A stretch of 63,918 bases of DNA, counting the filler, from an uncultured bacterium (GTDB lineage Bacteria > CAZSTA01): the NCBI GenBank assembly GCA_964609495.1. It is 3 parts of 3 records of this genome, joined end to end, with 100 filler letters (N's around TTAATTAATTAA, not from the genome) between each part and the next. Parts side by side here need not be neighbours in the genome. Positions count along the whole stretch, not along the records: positions 26,109 to 52,005 come from CAZSTA010000030.1; positions 52,106 to 63,918 come from CAZSTA010000107.1; 1 more part is not named here. One strand, written 5' to 3'. This document shows positions 48,996 to 58,572 of this stretch, one piece after another. The notes beneath the pieces are model-generated. The model had not been told where the DNA came from. It saw only the letters and a list, made by a program, of their open reading frames with translations, and ran no database searches. The position numbers and the translations under genes are program-made. Position 1 is the first letter of the stretch, and every line of letters starts with the position of its first letter.

Positions 48996-49916
48996 TTATT
49001 TTACAAAGGTAAGCCATCCATATTTATCCTCTTTACCCGATGTGATCCTGAAGAAAGCCTCCTGGAGCTCTTTAGTGATAGGACCTCTCTCTCCACCTCC
49101 GATTTTGATCCTATCGATCGAGTTGATAGGAGATATCTCAGCCGCGGTCCCGGTGAAGAATACCTCGTCAGCGATATATAACATCTCCCGAGGGATAGGC
49201 TCTTCCTTCACTCCATATCCCAGATCCTTAGCGAGAGTGATGACCGAATCTCTAGTGATCCCTGGTAAGATCGAGGCATAAAGCGGAGGGGTATAGATCT
49301 TACCCTCTAAAACCAGAAAAATATTTTCTCCTCCTCCTTCAGAGACATAACCAGAGGTATCCAGGGCTACAGCCTCCGAATAACCATCTGCTAGCGCTTC
49401 CATCTTCATCAGTTGGGAGTTTATATAATTACCCCCCAATTTAGCTAGGAAGGGAAACGTGTTAGGGGCCATCCTGTTCCAGGAGGATACTTTAACCGCA
49501 ACGCCCTTCTCTATAGCCTCCTCTCCCAGATACCTTCCCCACTTCCAGGTGGCGATCACCATCTCTACTGGACAGGGGTGAGGATTAACTCCTAGCGAAT
49601 CATAACCTCGAAAAACCAACGGTCTAATATAACACTCCTCCAAATTATTGGCCTTTATAGTGTCTATTATAGCCTGCTTGATCTCCTCTATAGAATAGGG
49701 GAGCTCTATTCGATATATCTTACAAGATCTGAGCATCCGCAATAGATGGGCTTTCAATCTGAATATCGCTGGTCCCTTCTCGGTCTTATAGCACCTGATC
49801 CCCTCAAATATGCTTGAGCCATAATGTAAAACATGGGACAAAACATGGATCTTAGCCTCATCCCAATCCACCAGTTTCCCATTAAACCATATCTTAGCTT
49901 CCTTCTCTAGTGTCAT
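48996..49916 (-). CDS. ilvE: Branched-chain amino acid aminotransferase
   Basis: [30 protein letters not shown]. Confidence 0.95.
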   Translation of the reverse strand: MTLEKEAKIWFNGKLVDWDEAKIHVLSHVLHYGSSIFEGIRCYKTEKGPAIFRLKAHLLRMLRSCKIYRIELPYSIEEIKQAIIDTIKANNLEECYIRPLVFRGYDSLGVNPHPCPVEMVIATWKWGRYLGEEAIEKGVAVKVSSWNRMAPNTFPFLAKLGGNYINSQLMKMEALADGYSEAVALDTSGYVSEGGGENIFLVLEGKIYTPPLYASILPGITRDSVITLAKDLGYGVKEEPIPREMLYIADEVFFTGTAAEISPINSIDRIKIGGGERGPITKELQEAFFRITSGKEDKYGWLTFVK

Positions 49917-49947
49917 AATAAATCATTCCCGCTCCTTTCTTCGCGAT

Positions 49948-50679
49948 TTACCTCGATCCCTCGATTATCTCCTTGATTCCCTCGATGTAATCACCGATAT
50001 CCTTATCCTCGATCTGCTCACCTTTGAGAAGAGCCTCATATAAAGTTTCCGCTTTAGTTAGCAAACGTTTATCTCTACTATCTATAACACCTGCCTTCCC
50101 CAATTCATCGATTAGGGGATATATACCCTCTTCTTGGGGTAAGGAGATCTCTTCCGCCTCGATTGAGGTTTTAAGCCAATATTTTAGAGCTGTTCCCATC
50201 AAGAGTCCTGCGGATTTATTCTCTTCTCTCTTCAGCAACTGCTCTGCTTCATCCAGAAGGGTTAAGCTCAACTCCTCTGCTAGCGTTCGCTTCAGATCAA
50301 GCTCCCTTATCTCTAAGCTATCCGGTAAAGAGACTAATAATGCCAATTGAGTGGTAAAATACTTCTTAAAGTTACCATAAGCACCCGCGCTGGGATCATC
50401 CAAAAAGGTCTTAATATTCGGATATTGTCCCGGATAGAGGGAGAAATCCCTCTTATCATATAGATCGGCGAACTCAGAAGCCCTAGCAGGATCGATAGCG
50501 ATCAATTCCCTTCCCTTTCTGTACCAGCTCTGATATAGTCCAATGAGTTTAATATGAGCCTCGGGATCAGGAGTATATTTCTGGCTAGCCCTATCCGCCA
50601 ATTTCAATATCTCCTCCGCTTGCCTCTGCAACTCCTCTACTATGCCCTTTATCCTCGCCACTCTCCGACTCATCATCAA
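49948..50679 (-). CDS. Hypothetical helical protein, C-terminal half resembles HEPN/DUF4145-like fold
   Basis: LLDEAEQLL..SAGLLMGTAL pattern; no RxxxxH motif. Confidence 0.4.
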   Translation of the reverse strand: MMMSRRVARIKGIVEELQRQAEEILKLADRASQKYTPDPEAHIKLIGLYQSWYRKGRELIAIDPARASEFADLYDKRDFSLYPGQYPNIKTFLDDPSAGAYGNFKKYFTTQLALLVSLPDSLEIRELDLKRTLAEELSLTLLDEAEQLLKREENKSAGLLMGTALKYWLKTSIEAEEISLPQEEGIYPLIDELGKAGVIDSRDKRLLTKAETLYEALLKGEQIEDKDIGDYIEGIKEIIEGSR

Positions 50680-50683
50680 CCTC

Positions 50684-51751
50684 TCAATTCAACCTCTTCT
50701 TAGATTTTTTATGGAAGATATGAATTTTGTCAAGCTCGAATTTCATATAGGTCACTACTCCCACCTCTATCGGGGTGTCTATTGTGGCTTGGGCGAGACA
50801 CTTCCTCCCTCCCAAATCGAGTTCCACTAGAAGCTCTGGTAAGATGGGTTGAATACTCTCGACCACTGCCCGCGTAGTATCCTTCTCCCTCTCAGTAGTT
50901 AAGTGGATATGTTCGGATCTAATACCCAAAATACAATCCTCCCCATCCTCGACATCATAAGGAAGAGCGAATCTTATCCCCTCTCCAGAGAAATTCCCCT
51001 TCTTCACTTTTCCCGGGAAGAAATTAATAGGAAGGAGACTCGTGAAATCAGCAACAAAGACGCTATTTGGTCTCTCATAAAGCTCCTGAGGAGTCCCCAC
51101 CTGCTCTAATCTCCCCTCGTCCATCACCCCAATCCTCTTCCCCAAAGCGAAAGCTTCCCTAGGATCAGGAGTTACATATATAGCCGTTGTATTAAGCTCG
51201 GTAACTAATTTCTTTAACTCGATCTTGGTTCTAGCCCTGATCTTCGCATCCAGATTCGTTAGAGGCTCATCCAAGAGCAATACCCTAGGTTTACTTCTGA
51301 TGATGGCTCTTCCCAGAGCGACTCGCTGTTGATGTCCCGCGGATAATTGCCTCGGCATTCGATCCAAGACCAGGGAAACTCCTATATCCAGAGCCTCTAT
51401 AGTCCTAGCTAGACGGGCATCGATCTCCTCACCCACTAATTTCCTGACTACTAAAGGGAAAGTTATATTATCCTTGACATTCATATGAGGAAATAACGCG
51501 AAGTTTTGAAAGACCATCGCTATATCTCTCTCCGAAGGAGGGAGATTAGTTACATCCTCACCATCGAATATAACCATTCCATAATCGAGGTTATCTAACC
51601 CGGCTACCAAGCGTAACAAGGTGGTCTTTCCGCATCCTGATGGACCTATCAAGCAAAAGAACTCCCCATCCTCGATGTGCAAGGATACATCATCGATGAT
51701 CTTCAAGTTACGGATATATTTAGTTATACCCTGCAAGATGATAGAGGCCAT
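50684..51751 (-). CDS. Sugar ABC transporter ATP-binding protein (MalK/MsmX-like)
   Basis: GPSGCGKT, MVFQNFALFPHM, LDEPL; C-terminal TOBE domain. Confidence 0.92.
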   Translation of the reverse strand: MASIILQGITKYIRNLKIIDDVSLHIEDGEFFCLIGPSGCGKTTLLRLVAGLDNLDYGMVIFDGEDVTNLPPSERDIAMVFQNFALFPHMNVKDNITFPLVVRKLVGEEIDARLARTIEALDIGVSLVLDRMPRQLSAGHQQRVALGRAIIRSKPRVLLLDEPLTNLDAKIRARTKIELKKLVTELNTTAIYVTPDPREAFALGKRIGVMDEGRLEQVGTPQELYERPNSVFVADFTSLLPINFFPGKVKKGNFSGEGIRFALPYDVEDGEDCILGIRSEHIHLTTEREKDTTRAVVESIQPILPELLVELDLGGRKCLAQATIDTPIEVGVVTYMKFELDKIHIFHKKSKKRLN

Positions 51752-51905
51752 GATACCAACTTTTTGGCTCGGTCCCAGGAGGAACTAGAGCTGATTATAA
51801 AGCCCCTAATAATTTAGGAAAGAAATATACGAGAAGAGTCCCCTATTATATATTCCCGATTCGATATGAAATTAGACCTATCACTCGGATATAATAGTTG
51901 TTTAT

Positions 51906-51934
51906 ATTGTAGCAGAAAATCTAAAACTTGTCAA
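51906..51934 (-). promoter_or_regulatory. Promoter for the minus-strand operon
   Basis: TTGACA-17-TACAAT with TG extension. Confidence 0.65.
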
Positions 51935-52005
51935 CTATTTTCCTTGTAAAGGATGCATATAGAATCGGGGATCAAAATGATTTCAGATCGAATTATAACT
52001 CCCCC

Positions 52006-52105
52006 NNNNNNNNNNNNNNNNNNNNNNNNNNNNNNNNNNNNNNNNNNNNTTAATTAATTAANNNNNNNNNNNNNNNNNNNNNNNNNNNNNNNNNNNNNNN
52101 NNNNN
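52006..52105. other. Artificial contig spacer
   Basis: 100 nt of N around TTAATTAATTAA. Confidence 0.97.
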
Positions 52106-52179
52106 GAAGAAGCCTGCGGAATTATGCTCGGCTCGAATTGAGGCTGAAGCTCTCAAAACATTAAGTTTTCCCTGTTCAC

Positions 52180-52208
52180 ATTATAGCAGAAGGAAGGCCT
52201 TTTGTCAA
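52180..52208 (-). promoter_or_regulatory. Perfect consensus promoter firing toward the contig end
   Basis: TTGACA-17-TATAAT with TG extension. Confidence 0.75.
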
Positions 52209-52223
52209 ATCCTCAAGAGAAGC

Positions 52224-52429
52224 TGTAAGCATGTAGAATATTGTGCTAGCGGTTTGAACTCATATAAATCACCCTCCCCTAACCCCTCCCGTCAAGGGAG
52301 GGGGAAATAAAGAGAGTAGTCTTATCTCGATGTTCCCTCTCCCCTCGTGGGAGAGGGATAGGGTGAGGGGGAAATCATATCTTGACTTCTTAGTAAAAAT
52401 CTACTAGCACTAAATTTTACATACTTCCA
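52224..52429. mobile_element. MITE with imperfect ~30-bp TIRs, 7-9-bp TSD and internal REP-like palindromes
   Basis: GAGAAGC at 52217-52223 and 52430-52436; TIRs TGTAAGCATGTAGAATATTGTGCTAG / CTAGCACTAAATTTTACATACTTCCA. Confidence 0.75.
52271..52374. repeat. Paired REP-like palindromes (CCCTCTCCC..GGGAGAGGG..GGGTGAGGG type)
   Basis: Two GC-rich hairpins; 52323-52374 is an inverted copy of 55888-55939 with 1 mismatch. Confidence 0.85.
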
Positions 52430-52436
52430 GAGAAGC

Positions 52437-52465
52437 TTGACAACTATATCTAAAAATGCTATAAT
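52437..52465 (+). promoter_or_regulatory. Consensus promoter for darA
   Basis: TTGACA-17-TATAAT with TG extension. Confidence 0.8.
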
Positions 52466-52587
52466 ATGGCTGGAATCAATCCCTATGCTACTCACCTCAG
52501 AGCATACTATCCCTAAATTATGAGGCTGTAGCATTTACACTCCTTGTCTATCATAGATCAAAAACATTACTAATGGATGGCTCTATG

Positions 52588-52616
52588 GAGTCGGAGGCTG
52601 TATCTCTGACTCTTTT
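52588..52616 (+). terminator. Terminator-like hairpin in the darA leader
   Basis: GAGTCGGAG-GCTGTAT-CTCTGACTC-TTTT. Confidence 0.5.
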
Positions 52617-52657
52617 CATAATACATCTATTATCTTGAGAAAACGGAGGCGATAAGG

Positions 52658-52975
52658 ATGAAGCTTATAATAGCGATAGTTCATGATGAAGACGCTAATA
52701 AATTATCTCTAGCTTTAGCCAAAGAAGGTTTTCAATCGACTAAATTAGCCAGCACTGGAGGTTTTTTAAGAAGAGGTAATACCACGATATTTATAGGTAT
52801 AGAGAAGGAAAAAATTGATAAGATATTCGATATTATAGAGAAAACTTGTCGAACTAGAGAATATTCTCCTGCTTCTTCTCTACCCTCGGACGTCTCTGCT
52901 TTTGTTCCCAGCGGAGTAAAGATAGGAGGGGCAACTGTATTTGTTCTTGATGTTGATAGGTATATTACCGTATGA
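52658..52975 (+). CDS. darA: Cyclic di-AMP receptor, PII-like (DarA/PstA/YaaQ)
   Basis: MKLIIAIVHDED, TKLASTGGFLRRGNTT, GGATVFVLDV. Confidence 0.92.
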   Translation: MKLIIAIVHDEDANKLSLALAKEGFQSTKLASTGGFLRRGNTTIFIGIEKEKIDKIFDIIEKTCRTREYSPASSLPSDVSAFVPSGVKIGGATVFVLDVDRYITV

Positions 52976-53001
52976 GATCATAAATAACTGTGATTGATCC
53001 C

Positions 53002-53760
53002 TCAGACACCAAATATCTCTCGAGTATTATCTCTGACCGCAGAAGCCACCGTTTGCAAATCGAGTCCTTTTATCTGAGCGACCTTCTCAGTTACATATCG
53101 AACATAAGCTGGTTCATTCCGTTTGCCACGCCTAGGAACTGGGGCCATATAGGGACAATCCGTCTCCACTAGTAATCTCTCCAGCGGTGTTATTTCTACT
53201 ACAGAGGGGGCTTTCTTGGCATTAGGGAAGGTAATAGGACCGGCAAAGGATATGAAATATCCCTTATCGAGATAATATTTAGCTAATTCAGGATCTCCTG
53301 AGAAACAATGGAGAACAACTTTTTCAGCTTCTTCGTCCTCCAATATCTTTCTAGTATCTTTGTGAGCCTCTCTACAATGAACTATGATGGGTAGGTCCAG
53401 CTCCTTAGCCAAGTTTATCTGGCGATAAAAAACTTTCTTCTGAATATCTCGAGGAGAGAAATCATAATGATAATCCAGACCGATCTCTCCAATAGCTACT
53501 ACTTTCCCCTCTCCAGCTAAATTTTTTAACTCTTCATAGAAGCTCTCCTCAGCATCTTTAGCCTCGTGAGGATGAATACCCACAGCGGCATAGATAAAGG
53601 GATATTCAAAAGCGAGTTCGAGCGAGAATCTGCTGGTCTCGAGATCTGAGCCGATATTTATAATTAGCTCCACTCCGCTTTCCTCGGCTCGCGTGATGAC
53701 CTCTTTCCGATCTCCATCAAATCTTTTCGAATCTAGATGCGCGTGGGTATCTACAAACAT
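53002..53760 (-). CDS. tatD: TatD family DNase
   Basis: DTHAH, GIHPH, IGEIGLDY, HCF, ETDCPY. Confidence 0.95.
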   Translation of the reverse strand: MFVDTHAHLDSKRFDGDRKEVITRAEESGVELIINIGSDLETSRFSLELAFEYPFIYAAVGIHPHEAKDAEESFYEELKNLAGEGKVVAIGEIGLDYHYDFSPRDIQKKVFYRQINLAKELDLPIIVHCREAHKDTRKILEDEEAEKVVLHCFSGDPELAKYYLDKGYFISFAGPITFPNAKKAPSVVEITPLERLLVETDCPYMAPVPRRGKRNEPAYVRYVTEKVAQIKGLDLQTVASAVRDNTREIFGV

Positions 53761-53865
53761 TTATCTTCCTCATCTTCTCTCAGATGTCCTACTTTCTCTC
53801 ACAATCTATCTTTCGCCTTATTCAAGATATATTTGTTTCCCCTACATCTGAAACAAACCGACAGA

Positions 53866-55770
53866 TCATTGAACTCTACTTCCTAGCTCAATATCCCGAT
53901 CTAAAATCAACAAAGCCAAATCATTCCCCTTAACCGCCGCTAGAAGCATACCATTCGATTCGATACCGCGAATGGTAGCTGGTTTGAGATTAGCCACTAT
54001 GATTATCTTCTTACCAATTATCTGAGAGGGAGAATATTGTTTAGCTATGCCTGCTACGATAGTCCTTCTCTCCTGACCCAGATCGATCTCCAACTTCAGG
54101 AGCTTATCCGCTCCAGCCACCTTCTCCGCACTCACTACCTCAGCAACGCGAAGCTCCACCTTTTCGAAATCTTCATAACTTATCCTATTATCACTCTTAG
54201 CCACTGCCTCCTCCTTCCTTCCTCTTTCTGCTAAGGCTTCGTCTTCCTTCCTAAGTCGCGGGAATAGGGGACCAGCTCGCTTGACCTTCGTTCCAGGGGG
54301 AAAGCCCCCCCATCTTTCGAGCTTGCTCCAATCTCCTTTACGTATTTTCTCTTCAATACCTAACTGAGCCAGCATCTTGGAGACAGTCTCGGGAATAAAG
54401 GGAGAAAGTAATATCGAGGTGAAGCGAAGGGCCTCCGCGAGATTATAAAGGACTGTGGCTAAGCGCTCCTCCTTATTCTTCGCTAGACTCCAAGGCTGAG
54501 TCTCCTCCACATATCTATTGGCTCGACGCACTAAGGTCCATATCTCCTCTAAAGCACCGCTTAAATTTAACTCCTCCATAGCTTTGTCAACTCGCTCGAC
54601 AGTCTCCAAAGCGGTATTTCTCAAATCCTCATCTACAGCTTCCTCTTCGCCAGATCTCGGTATCTCACCTCCGAAGCTACGTTCGATCAGCACTAGAGTT
54701 CTATTCAATAGATTGCCCAGATCATTAGCTAAATCTGCATTATAGCGATCTATGAACTTCTTCCAAGAGAAATCTCCATCTTTACCAAAGGTGATCTCCC
54801 TTAAGATAAAGTAGCGAAACGGATCCGCTCCGAAACGATTGGCTGTATCGAGAGGATCGACGATGTTGCCCAAAGTCTTGCTCAAACGTTCCCCTTCGAA
54901 GTAGATAAAACCGTGCCCGAAGATGGTCTTAGGTAGCTCTAATCCAGCGGACATCAGCATTGTTGGCCAGATAATACAGTGGAAACGAGTTATATCCTTC
55001 CCGATCAAATGAATGTCCGCTGGCCAATAATGGGTAAATTTATCGTCATCACCCGCATAACCGATGCCGGTGATATAGCTTAGAAGGGCGTCAAACCAGA
55101 CATAGATAACATGAGAGGTATCAAATGGCACTGGAATCCCCCAACTGGTAGAGGAACGAGAGAAGCTCACATCCTCTAATCCTCCCTTAATAATGTTTAA
55201 TATCTCATTACGTCGAACCTCGGGCTGGATGAACTCAGGATGTTTCTCTATATGTTCTAGGAGTCGATCTTGGTAGCGAGAGAGGGTGAAGAAGTAATTC
55301 TCCTCTTCAATCCAGTCGGGCTTCCGATTGTGATAAGGGCATTTCCCCTCGACTAGATCCTTCTCCCGAATAAAAGCCTCGCAGGATACACAATACCAGC
55401 CTTTATAGGTGCCTTTGTAGATATCACCATTATCGTAGATCTTCTGGAAGAATCTTTGAACACTGTGGAAGTGCCTCTTCTCGGAAGTGCGGACGAAATC
55501 ATCATAATTGATATTGAGCTTTCTCCACACGTCCTTGAACTTCTCAACCATCTGGTCAGAATATTCCTCTGGCGATAGATTCATCTTCTTAGCTTTTCGG
55601 GCCGCATTTGTGCTATGCTCATCAGTTCCCATCACCAGAAAGGCATCATATCCCTTCAAACGTTTATAACGAACTACAGCATCGGCTTGAATCTTCTCCG
55701 AAGCAGTTCCTATGTGAGGAATATCGTTATTATAATCTATAGCCGCAGTCATATAGAATTTTTCAGCCAT
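53866..55770 (-). CDS. metG: Methionine--tRNA ligase with C-terminal tRNA-binding domain
   Basis: HIGT (HIGH), GTDEH, CxxC knuckle, YVWFDAL, RLSKT (KMSKS), Trbp111-like C-terminus. Confidence 0.97.
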   Translation of the reverse strand: MAEKFYMTAAIDYNNDIPHIGTASEKIQADAVVRYKRLKGYDAFLVMGTDEHSTNAARKAKKMNLSPEEYSDQMVEKFKDVWRKLNINYDDFVRTSEKRHFHSVQRFFQKIYDNGDIYKGTYKGWYCVSCEAFIREKDLVEGKCPYHNRKPDWIEEENYFFTLSRYQDRLLEHIEKHPEFIQPEVRRNEILNIIKGGLEDVSFSRSSTSWGIPVPFDTSHVIYVWFDALLSYITGIGYAGDDDKFTHYWPADIHLIGKDITRFHCIIWPTMLMSAGLELPKTIFGHGFIYFEGERLSKTLGNIVDPLDTANRFGADPFRYFILREITFGKDGDFSWKKFIDRYNADLANDLGNLLNRTLVLIERSFGGEIPRSGEEEAVDEDLRNTALETVERVDKAMEELNLSGALEEIWTLVRRANRYVEETQPWSLAKNKEERLATVLYNLAEALRFTSILLSPFIPETVSKMLAQLGIEEKIRKGDWSKLERWGGFPPGTKVKRAGPLFPRLRKEDEALAERGRKEEAVAKSDNRISYEDFEKVELRVAEVVSAEKVAGADKLLKLEIDLGQERRTIVAGIAKQYSPSQIIGKKIIIVANLKPATIRGIESNGMLLAAVKGNDLALLILDRDIELGSRVQ

Positions 55771-55814
55771 ATCTAATTTCTCCTTCTCTCACGATCTTTC
55801 TTAGCGTCTTTGTT

Positions 55815-55843
55815 ATTATACTATAGTTATATACATAAGTCAA
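55815..55843 (-). promoter_or_regulatory. Promoter for metG
   Basis: TTGACT-17-TATAAT on the minus strand. Confidence 0.65.
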
Positions 55844-55887
55844 GAGAGATTAAGTAGTTTCCAAGTAAATAGCTTATTATCTTTAGT

Positions 55888-55984
55888 TTTCCCCCTCACC
55901 CTATCCCTCTCCCACGAGGGGAGAGGGGACATCGAGATAGAGCTGATCTCTTTAGTTCCCCCCTCCCTCGATGGGAGGGGGGAA
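55888..55984. repeat. Paired REP-like palindromes, inverted copy of 52271-52374
   Basis: CCCCCTCACCCTATCCCTCTCCCACGAGGGGAGAGGGG..CCCCCTCCCTCGATGGGAGGGGGG. Confidence 0.85.
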
Positions 55985-56039
55985 CTACTTAAGCTATTCC
56001 CAGTATAAATTTTTAATGCTTGAAATCCTCAAAAAAAAC

Positions 56040-56068
56040 TTGCCTTAAAGCAAATAAATTGCTATAAT
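56040..56068 (+). promoter_or_regulatory. Promoter for the ERCC4/ABC operon
   Basis: TTGCCT-17-TATAAT with TG extension. Confidence 0.6.
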
Positions 56069-56074
56069 ATATAA

Positions 56075-56761
56075 GTGGCTTTCTTTAAGGAGAGCAGTAT
56101 GAGCTCCTCAAAAGTTGTTACTATATGTGCTGACTACCGAGAACGAGGTTCAAAGGTCGTTACCGAACTCCTCTCTTGTCCTGAGGAAGTGAAAGTTGAA
56201 ATCAAACCTCTGGAGGTTGCGGATTTCATAGTAAGCGACCGAGTTGGAATAGAGCGAAAGTCAGCAAATGATTTTATTCAATCGATAATAGATAGGCGCC
56301 TATTCAAACAGATCGAACAACTGAAGGAGAGCTTCTCTCAACCAGCTTTTATTATCGAAGGGGAAAGTTTATATAGGATTAGGGATATCCACCCTAACGC
56401 GGTGAGAGGAGCGCTTTCCTTCATTGCTATTTTAAATGGCATACCGGTATTGAGAACTGTGGATGAAGAAGATACCGCCGCTATGCTCATCATAATGGCA
56501 AGGCAAGAACAGTTAGATCTAGGACATAATATATCCCTTCGCCCCAAAAGAAAACCTCTTAGCTTAGACGAACAACAAAGGAATATCATAGAGTGTTTGC
56601 CCAATATAGGTCCTATCCTCTCTCGTTATCTCCTAAAACACTTTGGCAATATCGAGAAAATTATGCTTGCTAGTGAAGAGGAACTTAAACAGGTGAGATT
56701 GATAGGCAAAGTAAGAGCGCATAGGATAAAAGAACTCTTACTAGCCGATTATGTGGAATGA
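56075..56761 (+). CDS. XPF/ERCC4-family structure-specific nuclease with tandem HhH (likely start 56099)
   Basis: ADYRE, ADF..GIERKS..DF..SI.D.RL..Q, IIEG; LPNIGP and VRLIGK HhH motifs. Confidence 0.88.
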   Translation: MAFFKESSMSSSKVVTICADYRERGSKVVTELLSCPEEVKVEIKPLEVADFIVSDRVGIERKSANDFIQSIIDRRLFKQIEQLKESFSQPAFIIEGESLYRIRDIHPNAVRGALSFIAILNGIPVLRTVDEEDTAAMLIIMARQEQLDLGHNISLRPKRKPLSLDEQQRNIIECLPNIGPILSRYLLKHFGNIEKIMLASEEELKQVRLIGKVRAHRIKELLLADYVE

Positions 56762-56817
56762 AGGATGACAAAAAGTGAAAGTTATATCTCAATAAAAATC
56801 TTAGAGGGTGATCTTTT

Positions 56818-58557
56818 ATGCAACACTTGAAGAAACTGAAAAAATATCTTATCAGGCATAAAAAGGAGCTAATCTTCGCGCTCTTTCTGGTTCTCGTTAC
56901 TAATGCCTTTGCCCTCATAACTCCCTGGATATTACGTCTCACTATAGATGATCTTCAGCAGGGATTAACTCGAGGAAAATTGATACAGTATGCGGCTCTT
57001 ATAGTGACTATTGCGATAGTCCAAGGCATATTTCGCTTCTTTCAGAGAAGGACTATAGGAGGTGTGTCGCGCACTATTGAATATGAACTGAGGAACGATA
57101 TCTTAAGTCAACTGCAGAAGCTATCCGCATCCTATTTCTACGATATGCCCACTGGCGATATCATGGCCAGAGCAATAAAGGATGTCCATGCTGTGCGCCA
57201 CCTAGCAGGGATGGGATTGATAAGCCTCTTCAGCACTTTCACCCTACTCTTCGCTTCTATAGCTTTGATGTTATCTATAAATGTGAGATTGACCTTATAT
57301 TCCTTGCTCACCTTGCCCTTTCTCTCCATCATTGGTACCGTCTTGGGAAGAAGGCTCTTCAAGCAATTCCGAACGGTTCAGGAGCACTTCTCACTCATAA
57401 GCACTATGGCTCAAGAAAATTTCTCCGGGATCAGAGTAGTTAAGGCTTATACTCAAGAGAATAATGAGATCAAAGGATTTAAGAGCCTCAACAGAGAATA
57501 CTTCGGGAAGAATATGGATCTAGTGAAGACCTGGGGACTTCTCTTCCCTCTGATGGGCATGGTCTCTGGAGCAATAGGAGTCATTCTCCTCTGGGTAGGT
57601 GGTAAAGATGTTATATTTGATAAAATGACTTTGGGACAGTTAGTTCAATTCTATGGATATTTGATGACCCTCACTCAGCCGATGATGGCTCTAGGTTGGG
57701 TTATTAACATCTTTCAGAGGGGAGCGGCCTCCTTAGAGCGTATCGCCCAGATCACGGAGCGGGAGCCAGATATTAAGGATGAACCTGATGTTTTAGATAT
57801 TGACACTATCGAAGGAGAGATCGAATTTAGGAATTTGAACTTCTCCTATGATGGAACACCTATCCTTAAAGATGTAAACCTGAAAATAGAGAAGGGGAAA
57901 ACCCTCGCTATCGTCGGTCCCACTGGAGCAGGGAAGAGCACCCTGGTTAATTTGATCCCCAGGATATTTGATGTCCAAGAGGGCGAATTGATGATAGATG
58001 GGATCGATATTAAGCGAATTCCTCTCAAAACTCTACGGGAGAATATCGGATATGTGCCTCAGGAAACCTTCCTCTTCTCCGATACCCTCAGGGAGAATAT
58101 AGCTTATGGAGTAAATAATGCGAGCGATGAGGAGGTCGAGAAAGCGGCGGAGATATCTCAAATAGCTAAGGATGTCGAAGATTTCCCGAACAAATATGGG
58201 ACAGTATTGGGGGAGAGAGGAGTTACCCTCTCAGGAGGACAGAAGCAGAGGACCGCTATCTCCCGCGCCGTGATCCGTCAGCCAAAGATATTGATCTTAG
58301 ATGATGCCTTATCGAGCGTTGATACCTATACCGAAGATGAGATATTGAGGAGGTTGAGGGAGGTTATGAAGGATAGGACAAGCATCATCATTTCTCACCG
58401 TATCTCCACCGTCAAGAATGCTGACTTAATAGTTGTTCTCGATGATGGACGGATAGTTGAGAGAGGCACTCATGAGGAATTAGTAGCCTTAGGCGGGATA
58501 TATGCTAATATGCATCTAAAACAGCTTTTATCCGAAGAACTTGGAATTGAAAATTAA
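56818..58557 (+). CDS. ABC exporter half-transporter (MdlA-like)
   Basis: TMD + NBD; GPTGAGKS, LSGGQKQR, degenerate LDDA. Confidence 0.92.
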   Translation: MQHLKKLKKYLIRHKKELIFALFLVLVTNAFALITPWILRLTIDDLQQGLTRGKLIQYAALIVTIAIVQGIFRFFQRRTIGGVSRTIEYELRNDILSQLQKLSASYFYDMPTGDIMARAIKDVHAVRHLAGMGLISLFSTFTLLFASIALMLSINVRLTLYSLLTLPFLSIIGTVLGRRLFKQFRTVQEHFSLISTMAQENFSGIRVVKAYTQENNEIKGFKSLNREYFGKNMDLVKTWGLLFPLMGMVSGAIGVILLWVGGKDVIFDKMTLGQLVQFYGYLMTLTQPMMALGWVINIFQRGAASLERIAQITEREPDIKDEPDVLDIDTIEGEIEFRNLNFSYDGTPILKDVNLKIEKGKTLAIVGPTGAGKSTLVNLIPRIFDVQEGELMIDGIDIKRIPLKTLRENIGYVPQETFLFSDTLRENIAYGVNNASDEEVEKAAEISQIAKDVEDFPNKYGTVLGERGVTLSGGQKQRTAISRAVIRQPKILILDDALSSVDTYTEDEILRRLREVMKDRTSIIISHRISTVKNADLIVVLDDGRIVERGTHEELVALGGIYANMHLKQLLSEELGIEN

Positions 58558-58572
58558 GGGAGGGAAGCACAA

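Noticed and set aside
52322-52534. 70-aa ORF ending PSPYPSPTRGEG (and 19523..19753)
   Set aside because: Translation of REP/MITE DNA overlapping promoters; no RBS
52466-52620. Canonical ydaO c-di-AMP riboswitch
   Set aside because: Only a GCTGGAATC resemblance; the other conserved blocks were not found, so it is kept only as an unknown leader
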